A DNA stretch of 64,000 nucleotides from Bispira polyomma. Its lineage: Eukaryota. Below the pieces are notes generated by a model. It searched no databases, was not told the origin of the DNA, and saw nothing but the letters and a program-made list of their open reading frames with translations. Positions 39,414-49,971 of this stretch are shown here, piece by piece (position 1 is the first letter of the stretch; the number at the start of each line of letters is the position of its first letter). The DNA lies in the NCBI GenBank assembly GCA_965649765.1, contig OZ287748.1, positions 59,148,001 to 59,212,000 on the forward strand, read 5' to 3'. The translations under genes were made by a program, and so were the position numbers.

Positions 39414-40129
39414 CTGTGAAAGGGACTATTAAAGCAGTCTTTGAAGCTGTATCTTTGAGCTGCAGTTTAATTTCTCTGTTCAGATTAGTGGCAGTAATAT
39501 TTCCTTGTGGAGGTGGGCTGCTTCCATTATAAATTCTTTCAAAGCTTGTATCTGAAATTTGAAATTCACCATTTCTCAGCAGTGCTTGGGGTTTTCCATA
39601 TGTGACACTGGTATGTCCTTCTATAAACAATTCACAATAATACTGACCGCTGTCATTCTGATCAGTATATGTGCTAAACCAGTTGTTGAAAGTTTCCCGA
39701 GATGAACTATAAAAGTATAATTTATAAATATCCTTGCTATTTGTAAGAATTATATAGTTTCCTGTCAAAGATGTATTCTGGTACAAAGATATGGCATGTT
39801 CAACACACTCATACTGTACATGATGCAGTGTGTCAGCCATTGTAGTTGTTTCTGCACAGTAATTGGTATTTTCCCACTGTAAACTGTTTACTTTTATGTC
39901 ATTCAGCTGTCCAGGAATAAACTGAATAACATCTACGATGTCAGTTCTTTTTCTAAATTTGCAAACATGATGATATTTAAAAATGTCTGAGAGTAATAAA
40001 TGTCCATTACACTGGTAAAGAAATGGCTCTGATTTTTCTACTTGCACTTCATAAACTATGTGGAGCTGGAGTTCTGTAGGTGTAGGGCACAGCAATGCCA
40101 GGTGTTACATAACACACCTCCCATGTTAT
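39414..40129 (-). CDS. Gene C central ectodomain exon (frameshift near 5' end; in-frame cryptic acceptor at 40073)
   Basis: 229-aa open frame, distantly similar to A/B/D (CKFRKRTDI, LHHVQYEC, LIVPFTG). Confidence 0.7.
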
Positions 40130-40838
40130 CTTAAAGTAAACATAAAATAAAAACGAATACAAAAGATTCTTGATCTTGTTGTTTGATTCAACTGTTTTTA
40201 ACTTTCAATCTCTGAATAGATTAAAAATATTCGTGTTTTTATGGATAAGAAGCATCCATTTAAAAAGCCTCTATTGTAAGAGTCAGATATCCAAAATAAT
40301 ACCAAAGAAATTGTTAATGGTAAAGTAGCCTAACATGTTTTTAAATATAGGTTTCACTGTCATAAAAACTGAAGTACATATACTGACACAGGTAAAATTC
40401 AGGTAAATTTCATTATCTATATTGTTGTAATCACCCAGGCCCTAACAGAATTCCGAGTTTTAGAAAGTATCATTCAAAACGCCAAAAATTTGGCGTTGTT
40501 AGATACTTGGACTCTATAAGCACCAACCCTGAATTATAATTTTTAGCATATCATTTGGGGCACAAAAAATATGTATTTTGGACTTGTAGTAGTTTGATGA
40601 AAGGTTTCGTTTAGTTTGCTTTTAACAAGTCTTTTTTCCATATCATCACGGGTAGTTCACTGGTGAAAAAGTCAGTGTAGGACAATTATCTGAAATCAGA
40701 AGTTTCCTTATATTTACTGTCCAAGCCGAAGTCTTCATATTCGAGTTAATACTCAGAGCAGGGTAGTTAGTTGTGTTGATTGTACAAGTGTAAAGAGATA
40801 GCTCAGGACTAAAATATCTTAAAATATCTAGGATTTAC

Positions 40839-41009
40839 CCGTTTTATCTATTCCACATGAGATACTATTATGGAGACAGTTCTTTGCTGCATCATCCCAC
40901 ACTGTCTTGGTGCAGGTTCCGTTATATATTATATTATGTGCACAGGTAACATAGGTGTGACAACCAGTACAAGATTGGTAGTAACCATCTGGTAAACCTG
41001 AACAGTCCC
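40839..41009 (-). CDS. Gene C ChtBD2 exon (most canonical copy)
   Basis: DCSGLPDGYYQSCTGCHTYVTCAHNIIYNGTCTKTVWDDAAKNCLHNSISC. Confidence 0.85.
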
Positions 41010-43011
41010 CTGAAAAATAGGTATATATCTGGAATAAGTTAACAAATTCTTCTTTAGGAAAACTAGCCATCCTGTCTACCAGTGGTGCTGTTGCAAGAGA
41101 CAACCACTACAGTCAGCTACACTTTGAAATTGTAGCAATAAATTTTTTAATAGTTTGAAAATTGATAAACAACAATTGACTTTGTTCAGTCAGTTATATT
41201 ACAGCAATGTTATAAGTAAAAAAAAAGTTGGTAGTAGTTATTTTATGCCGCTCCTGGTAAATGGAAGATGCATCTTACTAATATGTGCAGTCAGACGAGC
41301 CAAAGTGCTTTCAAAAGAAACCCAAAGGCATACCATTTCAGGCAGGCTTATCCTCATTAAAGGTTCTCTTAATAACCCTTTACATTGTCCTTAGTAACCC
41401 CATTATGTACCTGGACTATATGCTATTGGTTAACTCCATGGATGGTGTGCGATGCCTGGTCATCAATTTGGACGCTATAGAAATCGTTCATTTAAAATAG
41501 CAGTACTAATAGTAGTAAAATCACACTTGGAAGAATCATAGTTTGAAATAGCCAAGTTTTACCTGTATTCACACAGTCTTTAGGTCTTTAGTCTCTGTTG
41601 TACAGAATCCCCAGTGAGAATTGTCAGTGTAGCACCAACCTTTACCTTTGTTGAAAACAGTGGGCATGTACATCATATGGGTTGTATTAATCTTATAACA
41701 AATATTGTATTGAAGACAACTGAAGACAGATTTAGATGTATTTGGCTCAACAAATATTTCAGCTTGCATATGTGATAAATTAGGGCATCATACTCCTTGC
41801 AGGAATGAATTAAGAAACTAACAAAAAATAACACACAAAAAATTATGCGTTTGTATACATCAGCATGACACTAAAATTAATCCTTTGAATTTATTGCAAA
41901 GGACATTATTCAGTTATCCTATTCAACTAAATTTGGTTGTTACTACAAATTTGTTAGTAACGAGGCTATAATAAAACTCTCCACTGTTCCAATTAATTTA
42001 TGAAAATTGGCAGACTTTACCTGTGTCTCTGTTACAATCAAATGCTTTACTTCTGTCACAAAAACTACCAGCAGTGGCATTTCCAGCCTGCACAGGAATG
42101 AGACATTCACCCCATTTCTTTCCCTGAATAGGAAAATATTACACATAGTTGTCATGAAGTATGCAACATATGAGAATAACTTTAAATGTGAATAATACTT
42201 TATTTAATCAGATACTCCATTCAGTGGTCAGTCTTTTACTGCAGAAAGTTGTTGTGAGAAGTTTTTACACTCTAAAATACAATTGGCAGCACTGAAAGCA
42301 CTAAGACGGCAATGCATTTATCATTTTATTGTTGATTTTATATTGAGTAAATAATGTTGTGTTATATTTTGGAAGCAACCATATATAATTTTGCGAGCAG
42401 TCATTTATTTTGCGCCAAAATTACACCTAAGAAGTTATACACCTAGAGCTCAATGATATTAAGTTGCATATGAAGTTGCATGTCCTGCTATGTGTATTCA
42501 AGGTGTACCATTGTTACAGTTTATGACTGCAAGGTTGTCGACAAACTGAATTTTTGCCCCTCTTGTCTGTATACTTTAATCTTTTAGTTGGTATGGTCAG
42601 TAGAAATAGATGATTACCATGTTTCATTAATCCTTTATATTTTGAAATACAACGGTGTTGCTTGCTACATAAAAATGACCAGAGCAACCCATGAATAACA
42701 CCAATTTTCTGCCATTTGCAGATCCACATTTAAACTGACCATTTTAAATCTATCAGTTTTGGATTATCAAAAGGATGTTCTTTTGTCTTGGCATGCAATA
42801 TAGATGATACTTAGGTGTTAACAAACTTACTTAGAATATAATTATAAGAATTTTCTATGTCTCAGCCAATCAGGTTCTTTGAAACATATTTTTAGCCAAT
42901 CAAATGGAGACAAAAATATAAGAAAAACAATCATTGTGAATACCCGCCCCAAACATTGCTTTAAACTAACTGCTTTGTTAATTGAGGTCAAATAAACATT
43001 TTCCCACATAC

Positions 43012-43169
43012 CCCTTGATAAGTCACAGTATGTGCACACCAGGGACGGATCCACGGACGGTTCCATCCTGCATTGGTACACTGGTGGTAGGTGTGTGCTC
43101 TATATGTAAAAGGAAACACACATGTTCCATTTGTCTCCGAACGCACACTCTCTATGATTGGGCAGCTTG
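43012..43169 (-). CDS. Gene C fibronectin type II domain exon
   Basis: GTCVFPFTYRAHTYHQCT...RPWCAHT matches the FN2 signature C.FPF.Y....Y..CT....WC; phase 1-0 as in gene D. Confidence 0.8.
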
Positions 43170-44084
43170 CTAGGTATTTAAATACAATACAAAAAATATA
43201 CCTTATTACCATTAGTATTGATAACATGTAACCAAAGTATTATGACACTATTTACATAAAGATATTCTACAATAATGTAGAGTTTCATTCATGTGCAAAA
43301 TATACTGCAACTTCGATAGGGAATTATAGAAGATAGGTTCACTGTGGATAGCAAAAATTTACCCAAGCATCACTTATATAACCCAAAAAACTTTTATAAT
43401 AGACTGAGCTATTTTTAGTGCCAGTAATAATGTTCTGAGAAGAGATTTCAAATTATGCCTGGTTGTAGAATATTAGTATAGCAAGGGTATGTATTGTGTG
43501 AGATAAGACATCACAATAATGACAGGTCTACATAAAGAAGTAGACAATCATAGACACATAATGAACAATTACAAACGTCGAATAATTTTAAGTATCCTCA
43601 CTCTGTAATTGTCTGACAATATCAATATAATTAACAGAAAAACAGAAAATGTAAGAATTGTTTAGTAATAGATATATATATTACCGGTACATATATCCAT
43701 TCTGTACTGTTGTTGCCTATTCTGGTCATTTGGAGTATTTGTAATATCTGTGTAACAATTCACATTTTTATGCCAAATCAATGAGATTACGTCATTACTT
43801 TTATCCAAAATATTTTTATCCCAAAATATTTATCACAAATAATCTCTATCAGCCAGTGGCAAGACACTCGCATCTTACCTCTGCCGCCATACGTTCAAAT
43901 ATATATATACAAGGAAGTGTTAAAGTATTTATATTTAAATCCATATTTGTATGAACCCAAAAATAGTTTACATACCTGTACAAGTAAGTCGTGCATGTAA
44001 TGCACACAAAAACATTGCAAGGAAGAAACCTTTCAATACATTTGTCATTATTTCCACCATAGTTTGGTTGAAATCTGTAAGTGT

Positions 44085-44362
44085 TGTTATCCTACCAGTG
44101 TATAAAATATCTACCTTATTTTTAATGGTGTTAAAATGTGTGAGCTATATTATCCTGTCAGTGTATATAATATCTGCCTTCTTTGCAATTAGGTTTAAAT
44201 CTCTTAAGTTATATTATCCTATCAGTGTATATAATATCTGCCTTCTGTGTAATTACGTTTAAATCTCTGATTTATAATATCCTGTAAGTGTATATAATAT
44301 CTGCATTCTTTGCAATTAGGTTAAAATCTCTGACTTATATTATCCTGTCAGTATATAAAATA
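44085..44362. repeat. ~61-bp minisatellite x4-5
   Basis: tattatcctgtcagtgtatataatatctgccttctttgcaattaggtttaaatctct units. Confidence 0.85.
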
Positions 44363-45072
44363 TAAACGTCCCTTCTTATTTCACACAACTGTTATTAGCA
44401 AGTGGTTTATTCCATATATTTAAAACACGTTTTCTTCCTTGTGGAAATCCCCAATGTTAAGATGACTTTGCGCACCTGTATTATGTGTTCTAACCATTGA
44501 CATAAGGTGACCTTTATTTTGACATTTTATGACCATAATTTAAAAAGGTAAAACTATACATCCATTTGTTATGTGTAGTTTGATGATATGAACTTTATTT
44601 CAGTTCAAATTATTATAGTTAAGTTCTCATCATTGGAAAAAATTTCTCTTTTTGTTAAACTTAAGGTAATACCAATAAGTACTTAACGTATGTAAAAGCT
44701 CTTCCATTTGTACACACGAACTTGAATGATTGCCAAATATGGTTCTTCTTTGTAGACTACATAGGACAATATTACAAGAGCAACAAAAATTTTTATTATA
44801 TTATTTCACAATTTACTGGAACTTAGGTTTTAAAAGTTTTTGATTCACAATTTAGAACTATCATTATGTTAGTTTAATTGACATTACATAATGCATGGAT
44901 GTTATTACCTTGAGGTAAAAAACTTTTTAAAATATACTGCAAAATCTGAAATTTTAGGTTTAATAAAATATCACTAAGCTATTCTAGAAATTTGCTTATT
45001 GTCACCGGTGATCAGACTTTTGAAGTTAAATTTATAATGCGAATGAATTTGTTACTATTTCTTATGTATTGG

Positions 45073-45350
45073 NNNNNNNNNNNNNNNNNNNNNNNNNNNN
45101 NNNNNNNNNNNNNNNNNNNNNNNNNNNNNNNNNNNNNNNNNNNNNNNNNNNNNNNNNNNNNNNNNNNNNNNNNNNNNNNNNNNNNNNNNNNNNNNNNNNN
45201 NNNNNNNNNNNNNNNNNNNNNNNNNNNNNNNNNNNNNNNNNNNNNNNNNNNNNNNNNNNNNNNNNNNNNNNNNNNNNNNNNNNNNNNNNNNNNNNNNNNN
45301 NNNNNNNNNNNNNNNNNNNNNNNNNNNNNNNNNNNNNNNNNNNNNNNNNN
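45073..45350. other. Assembly gap (N run)
   Basis: Run of n characters. Confidence 1.
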
Positions 45351-45785
45351 AATCTGCTAGATTTTTAAATCATTACAATTCTAATTTCTGTTGATAGAAT
45401 ATCAAATTATGAGAAATTTTTATTTCTGTCACAGCACACATGTGATTTATAAAAATTCAACATGTTTGACCATCGTAATACTCTACTTCAGCTGTATGTG
45501 TTGCTGCATCACAATCATGAAGTAGTACAGTGTAGTCTGGCCTCTGTAGTCTGCAGTATTTAGTCTCTGAATCTCATTTTTTGAAAATTTATTTTCAGTT
45601 TAACTTGGCCATGGACATGTGTATTCTAAAATGATAGGTGGTTTATCAGTTTATTGGTGGATGAAAAAAGCCGTACATAGTTGGTGGTCAAGGTTTTCTA
45701 CACTGCCCACTACTGGACTTTTAGTAAATCTATTGCCAATTTGTGAATGTTTATGCCATGACCAAAAATCGACCCCCAAACTGCA

Positions 45786-45894
45786 GGGGCCGTATTCACG
45801 AAGGGACTTAGCCCAGTCTTAGGCTTAAATCAGTATACTTTTGTGCTAGATTTAAGCCTAAGCCCTGGCTAAGACCTTTCGTGAATACGGCCCC
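45786..45894. mobile_element. ~110-bp hairpin MITE
   Basis: ggggccgtattcacgaa...ttcgtgaatacggcccc, almost fully self-complementary; decayed relatives near 20140-20190 and 26800-26935. Confidence 0.8.
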
Positions 45895-46298
45895 AGAGGT
45901 GGGATATTAGAGCGGAAACTAAGTCCCAGAGCTATGACGTCGAGTTAGAATCTGGCAAGTGAAGGTATTAATGACAAGACATTTGTGGAACTTAAAATTG
46001 CTTTATTTTTTAAATTCCTTTCAGTAAAATTACTTTTTAGTTACATCGATAGCCAACTTACATAAAATAACGTCTTAAAGACCATCTATCATTAGTAATG
46101 ATTATACATTTGAAGTGTTGTAACCCATATATCATCTAAAAATATTTAAAACATTTAAAACTAGCTGTTTGCTAATTAATTAATAGATGTTAGTACTGCT
46201 ATACCATAAGATGAAACACGCTGCACATATCAGGGATATATATGATACACCACTATGCTAATTCATTGATTGTACAACAGGAAAATTACCCAAGTGAA

Positions 46299-47439
46299 GC
46301 ATATTTTTAAATTTTACCACTAGGGAAGAGAAACCTTTCAATATCCGTGTCTGTTTGTGTAGTTTTCTTCTCGAGTGGTAACATTTAAAAATATGCAGCA
46401 TGAGGGTTGTTTTACTATTATTATCCACTTTTAAAAAAGTACTTATTTATGCTTATATTGGTAAAATATAACACAAAACAGTCAGAAAGAGCCCCAAAAT
46501 ATGGAAAACTAGATAATAAAAACAAAAGGTACTGACTTGTCACCTTAAAGAATTATTTTCAAATAAAGACTTATGCTACCCTAAAACGTTTTGTATGCAA
46601 TAACATTGTATTATTCCTTATACTTTATATATGTCTAAAGCTTAAAACATATTATGGAATAATTTCTTTACTATGACCATATTAAAACTAGCCAAACCTC
46701 TTTCTAGTATTTGTTTACGTTTCAAAACCTTCTACTATGACGTCACATTGCAAATCTGAAAGCCGAAAGGTATGGAGTTGGTACCTTAAAGAATTAACTT
46801 AAAACACGTATTTAGAAAGTACTAAAAATCTATTTCTATACCAAAATATTGTTTGAGATTTATATATTTTGTTCAACACACTTTTTATGAACTTTCTGTC
46901 TGAAATATTGCGTAAATTGACACTAAACACTTTTAAAATTCATGTAACTGCTACAGTTTTCATATACATATTCACGGGCGCAGGTGCATACAAAAAGAAT
47001 ATCCCGTCGTCGGTATTCTCCCTCTGTTAGACCGAATAATCTGTCTATCTTTAGCGAGATTCCTTGCTGATTTTTGGACAGCTGGATCACGAAAAACGGG
47101 ATAGAACGGCTTCCATAAGCTAAACGTTGTAAATCAAAATTGGCATATATAGAGATAGAATCTGGTAAAAATAAACATATCCCCTCATTCCTTATATATG
47201 ATATAGTTGCCGATTTTGTATTATTTCGTGCCAACAAGGTACAGATCAATCAATATAAAATAAAAACGAAATCACAATCATTGAAACAGCACTGTCGCCC
47301 ATGTTAAGTCAGGATAAATTTACGTTTTCTTTATGGAAGTCGTTCTGTCCCTTTACGTGAGTCCGTCGGTAAAATAACATCAAGGAATCTCGGTCTATCT
47401 CCTCTGTATGCTCAGTACACGTAACAAAGTGGATAATAA
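46299..47439. mobile_element. Non-autonomous element with 14-bp inverted repeats and an adjacent ~100-bp hairpin (Crypton-like, tentative)
   Basis: ttattatccacttt (46418) / aaagtggataataa (47426-47439); hairpin gcatatttttaaa..ttaccact...agtggtaa..tttaaaaatatgc 46299-46396. Confidence 0.45.
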
Positions 47440-48083
47440 AAGGTACTACTAAGATACTATGAGATAAAACAATATGTTACACATATCAATGATATACAGG
47501 AGACCATTATGGCTAAGTAGTTTATTATACACGTCACTACTAATATACCATAACATGAAACATGTTAGACATGTCAGGGATATGCAAGATACCATTATGG
47601 CCAAGTAATCCATTATACAAGCTAATGATAATATACCATAAGATAAAATATCTACACATGTAACTGCTATTATATGCTGCAATTATATACAAGAGAGGAT
47701 GATGGCTGATTTGATACAGTATCTGGACTGATCAAAGAAGTTTTGGTGTTTATAGTTTGGTAATTTTGTTAATCCTCAATCATTCTGTTGATATACACAA
47801 GCTGCTTACTATTTATATGATTACTAATATATATAGCAATAAACCGACAAAGATGGAAGCAATGGTTGAGAATATGTCACTCTTAATTTCTTTTCAAACA
47901 TTACAATTAATGTAGTGTATGAATATACTTAAATTAACTCCTGTTTAGAATGTGTTTAAATATGAATGTTTCAGTAAACTATTTATTATGAGATACTTCA
48001 GGAGATATTTTGAAGCCTGTGTAAGAAACTACTAGATGACCTACTCAACAAAGACTTCTGATATTGTTAGCTTCTTCATACAC

Positions 48084-48530
48084 TAAGTGAACGTTTCCAT
48101 GCAGGCAACTTTCTGAGGCGACCAGCCGACGTATAACAGGCAATTTTCAATTTTTATGTTTCTATACAATATTTGAGAAAATCCATACCTGTATTTAAAC
48201 CTGAATATCTCAGCCATTTCTCAACCGATTTTGATGCAACAAAAAGCACAATATACCTGATGAAATAAGCTTTCTTACTATATTTTCAATAAATTTATAC
48301 CTTCAGTAATTTTTGAGTTATTTAAAAAAACGGCAATGTTTACAAGGCGACGGGCAATGCCAGGCGATTGTTTTCGCTCCTAGTACCGAAAAAATTGCCT
48401 GGCATTGCCTGTCGCCTATCGGCGTTGCTCACATGGAAACACTTGGTTATAAATCAATGAAACTGATAGAATTGCCGTCGGCCGTCGCCTGATCGCCTCA
48501 GAAAGTTGCCTGCATGGAAACGCACACTTA
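48084..48530. mobile_element. MITE with ~45-bp TIRs (Harbinger-like)
   Basis: taagtg..cgtttccatgcaggcaactttctgaggcga versus tcgcctcagaaagttgcctgcatggaaacg..cactta. Confidence 0.8.
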
Positions 48531-49050
48531 TAGAGGCGAGATATTTTATACTATTTCAGTACAACTATAGTACGACAATACATTACTTAAGGAATAAAAC
48601 ATATTAATAACATATTAGTAGAAATTTGGGATGGAATATATGTCACTAATTTTAATGGCAACCTTTAGTAATCTTTACAAGACAACATATATATAATAGC
48701 ATTTAAAAACATATATCTGTCTTGGCCATAAGTGAAGAATCGACACTGTTTTAGTGTATTATCCAATAAAGGCATCTAAACATTTTTAATATTATTTAGA
48801 CATGATTTTCAAAAATGTTTCTCCTTTCCAGAGAACCAATATAAGTTTAACATATAAAAAATAAAAAAATGCAATGTTGTTAATTGATATAATCAGTACC
48901 AAAGAATGATCAAACATTACTATTGACAATCAATAGGAAATAAGCAGCTATTCCTTAGTTAGATATTCAGAACTGTATGTATAAAACTACTATGTACAAT
49001 GTTTAAATCTGAGTATCTAATATGACCAATGATCCAATTAGTAAGTCTAA

Positions 49051-49388
49051 TTACCTTCGCCAGAAAGGTTATGTTTTAACCCCTATCAGTTTGTTTGTTT
49101 GCAATTATGGCCAAACATTGTGGAAGGCATGAGGCAAGGAAATTCTTGATGAAGATCTAGGAAAAGCTTAATGAGGAATCTGTATACTTATTGTGGAATT
49201 TAATGAGTAAAATTACTAGGAAATTGCTGTATTCATCAAATAAATTGTTCATCTACTTTTTGAAATGCTAATAAATGGCCGACTTTGACAGGTGTATTTG
49301 TGTAGTTAAGTGAAGCAAAAAAACAAAACAAAAAACGTTTGATTTGATACCCCATGGCGGAGGATTGCTCTCTACTGGGAGCTCTTGT
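49051..49388 (+). mobile_element. Helentron-associated (HINE/DINE-like) element in the 3' UTR of gene D
   Basis: 5' ttaccttcgcca..aggttatgtttt..gtttgtttgttt and 3' tggcggagg..gctctctactgggagc (subTIR + terminal hairpin). Confidence 0.6.
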
Positions 49389-49400
49389 CAGGACTTGTAT

Positions 49401-49971
49401 TTAATTATTGTAGATATCATTATCTACCATGTCCACAACGCTCTCCCTTGTGACTGCACTATAGGCACCTGACATACCATTGCTCTCATAGAGATCATTC
49501 TCCTGCAATTCTACCTCCTCAGCAGCTTTATCTGTAACACAAACATCAGCATCACATCGTTCTGTCTTTGCTATGGTGTTGGCATCAGTTGGCTTCTCAG
49601 GTTCAAAACACAATGGAGATGCACTTTCTGCATTGTTAGGTCTACCTTCTTCAGTTGTTGGGCCAGTTTGGTAGACTTTATTATCAACCATACCATTGAT
49701 GTCTCCTTGGTCAGCAATAGCACTGTCATTATCAATATCATTGTCTAGCAAATCTTGTTCAATATTAAGAACATTAAAATGATTGCCTCTTGGTTCTCTT
49801 GATTTCGGGATAGTGCAGATTCCTGTTTTGTTAGGCACAGCATATTCAACAGTGTCTTCTGTTGCTATATATGCAGTTTCTGAATTGGTAGCTTGACTCA
49901 TATCTTCGGAGTTGTATACTGGGTTTGTATGCGATACAGTAGCTGGTTTGTCATTTACAGGTTTGTTCCTT
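49401..49971 (-). CDS. Gene D cytoplasmic tail exon
   Basis: NPVY, EYAVPNKTG, DNKVY, ENDLY, terminal MVDNDIYNN*. Confidence 0.85.

Larger units (their letters stand above)
37125..43169 (-). pseudogene. Gene C: frameshifted paralog with FN2 + Cys-rich module + ChtBD2 + ectodomain + stalk + TM + tail
   Basis: Exons 43169-43012 (FN2), 42123-42021 (GKKWGEC...), 41645-41563 (WCYTDNSHWGFC), 41009-40839 (ChtBD2), 40129-39414, 38984-38724, 38223-38142 (TM), 37736-37211/37125. Three frame disruptions: 8-bp duplication 41576-41591, ~40100 and ~37220. First exon unresolved (candidates 43685-43943). Confidence 0.75.

Noticed and set aside
42510-42760. Additional Cys-rich exons of gene C (NWCYSW, CRQPC)
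   Set aside because: Motifs fall in different frames with stops, and the FN2 exon already joins 42123 in frame.
43685-43943. Definite first exons of gene C (MDLNINTLTLPCIYIFERMAAE| and a 63-nt exon)
   Set aside because: Good donors, but the phases do not join cleanly to the FN2 exon and the signal peptide is unconvincing; left unresolved.
44085-44362. CRISPR-like array or ORF 43951-44262
   Set aside because: Contiguous ~61-bp units without unique spacers in eukaryotic DNA: a minisatellite, and the ORF is a by-product.
44992-45368. ORFs spanning X residues
   Set aside because: Artefacts of the N gap.
10867-49971. Canonical ITAM/ITIM or a kinase/phosphatase domain in the tails
   Set aside because: No YxxL-x6-8-YxxL spacing and no catalytic motifs; the tails look disordered.
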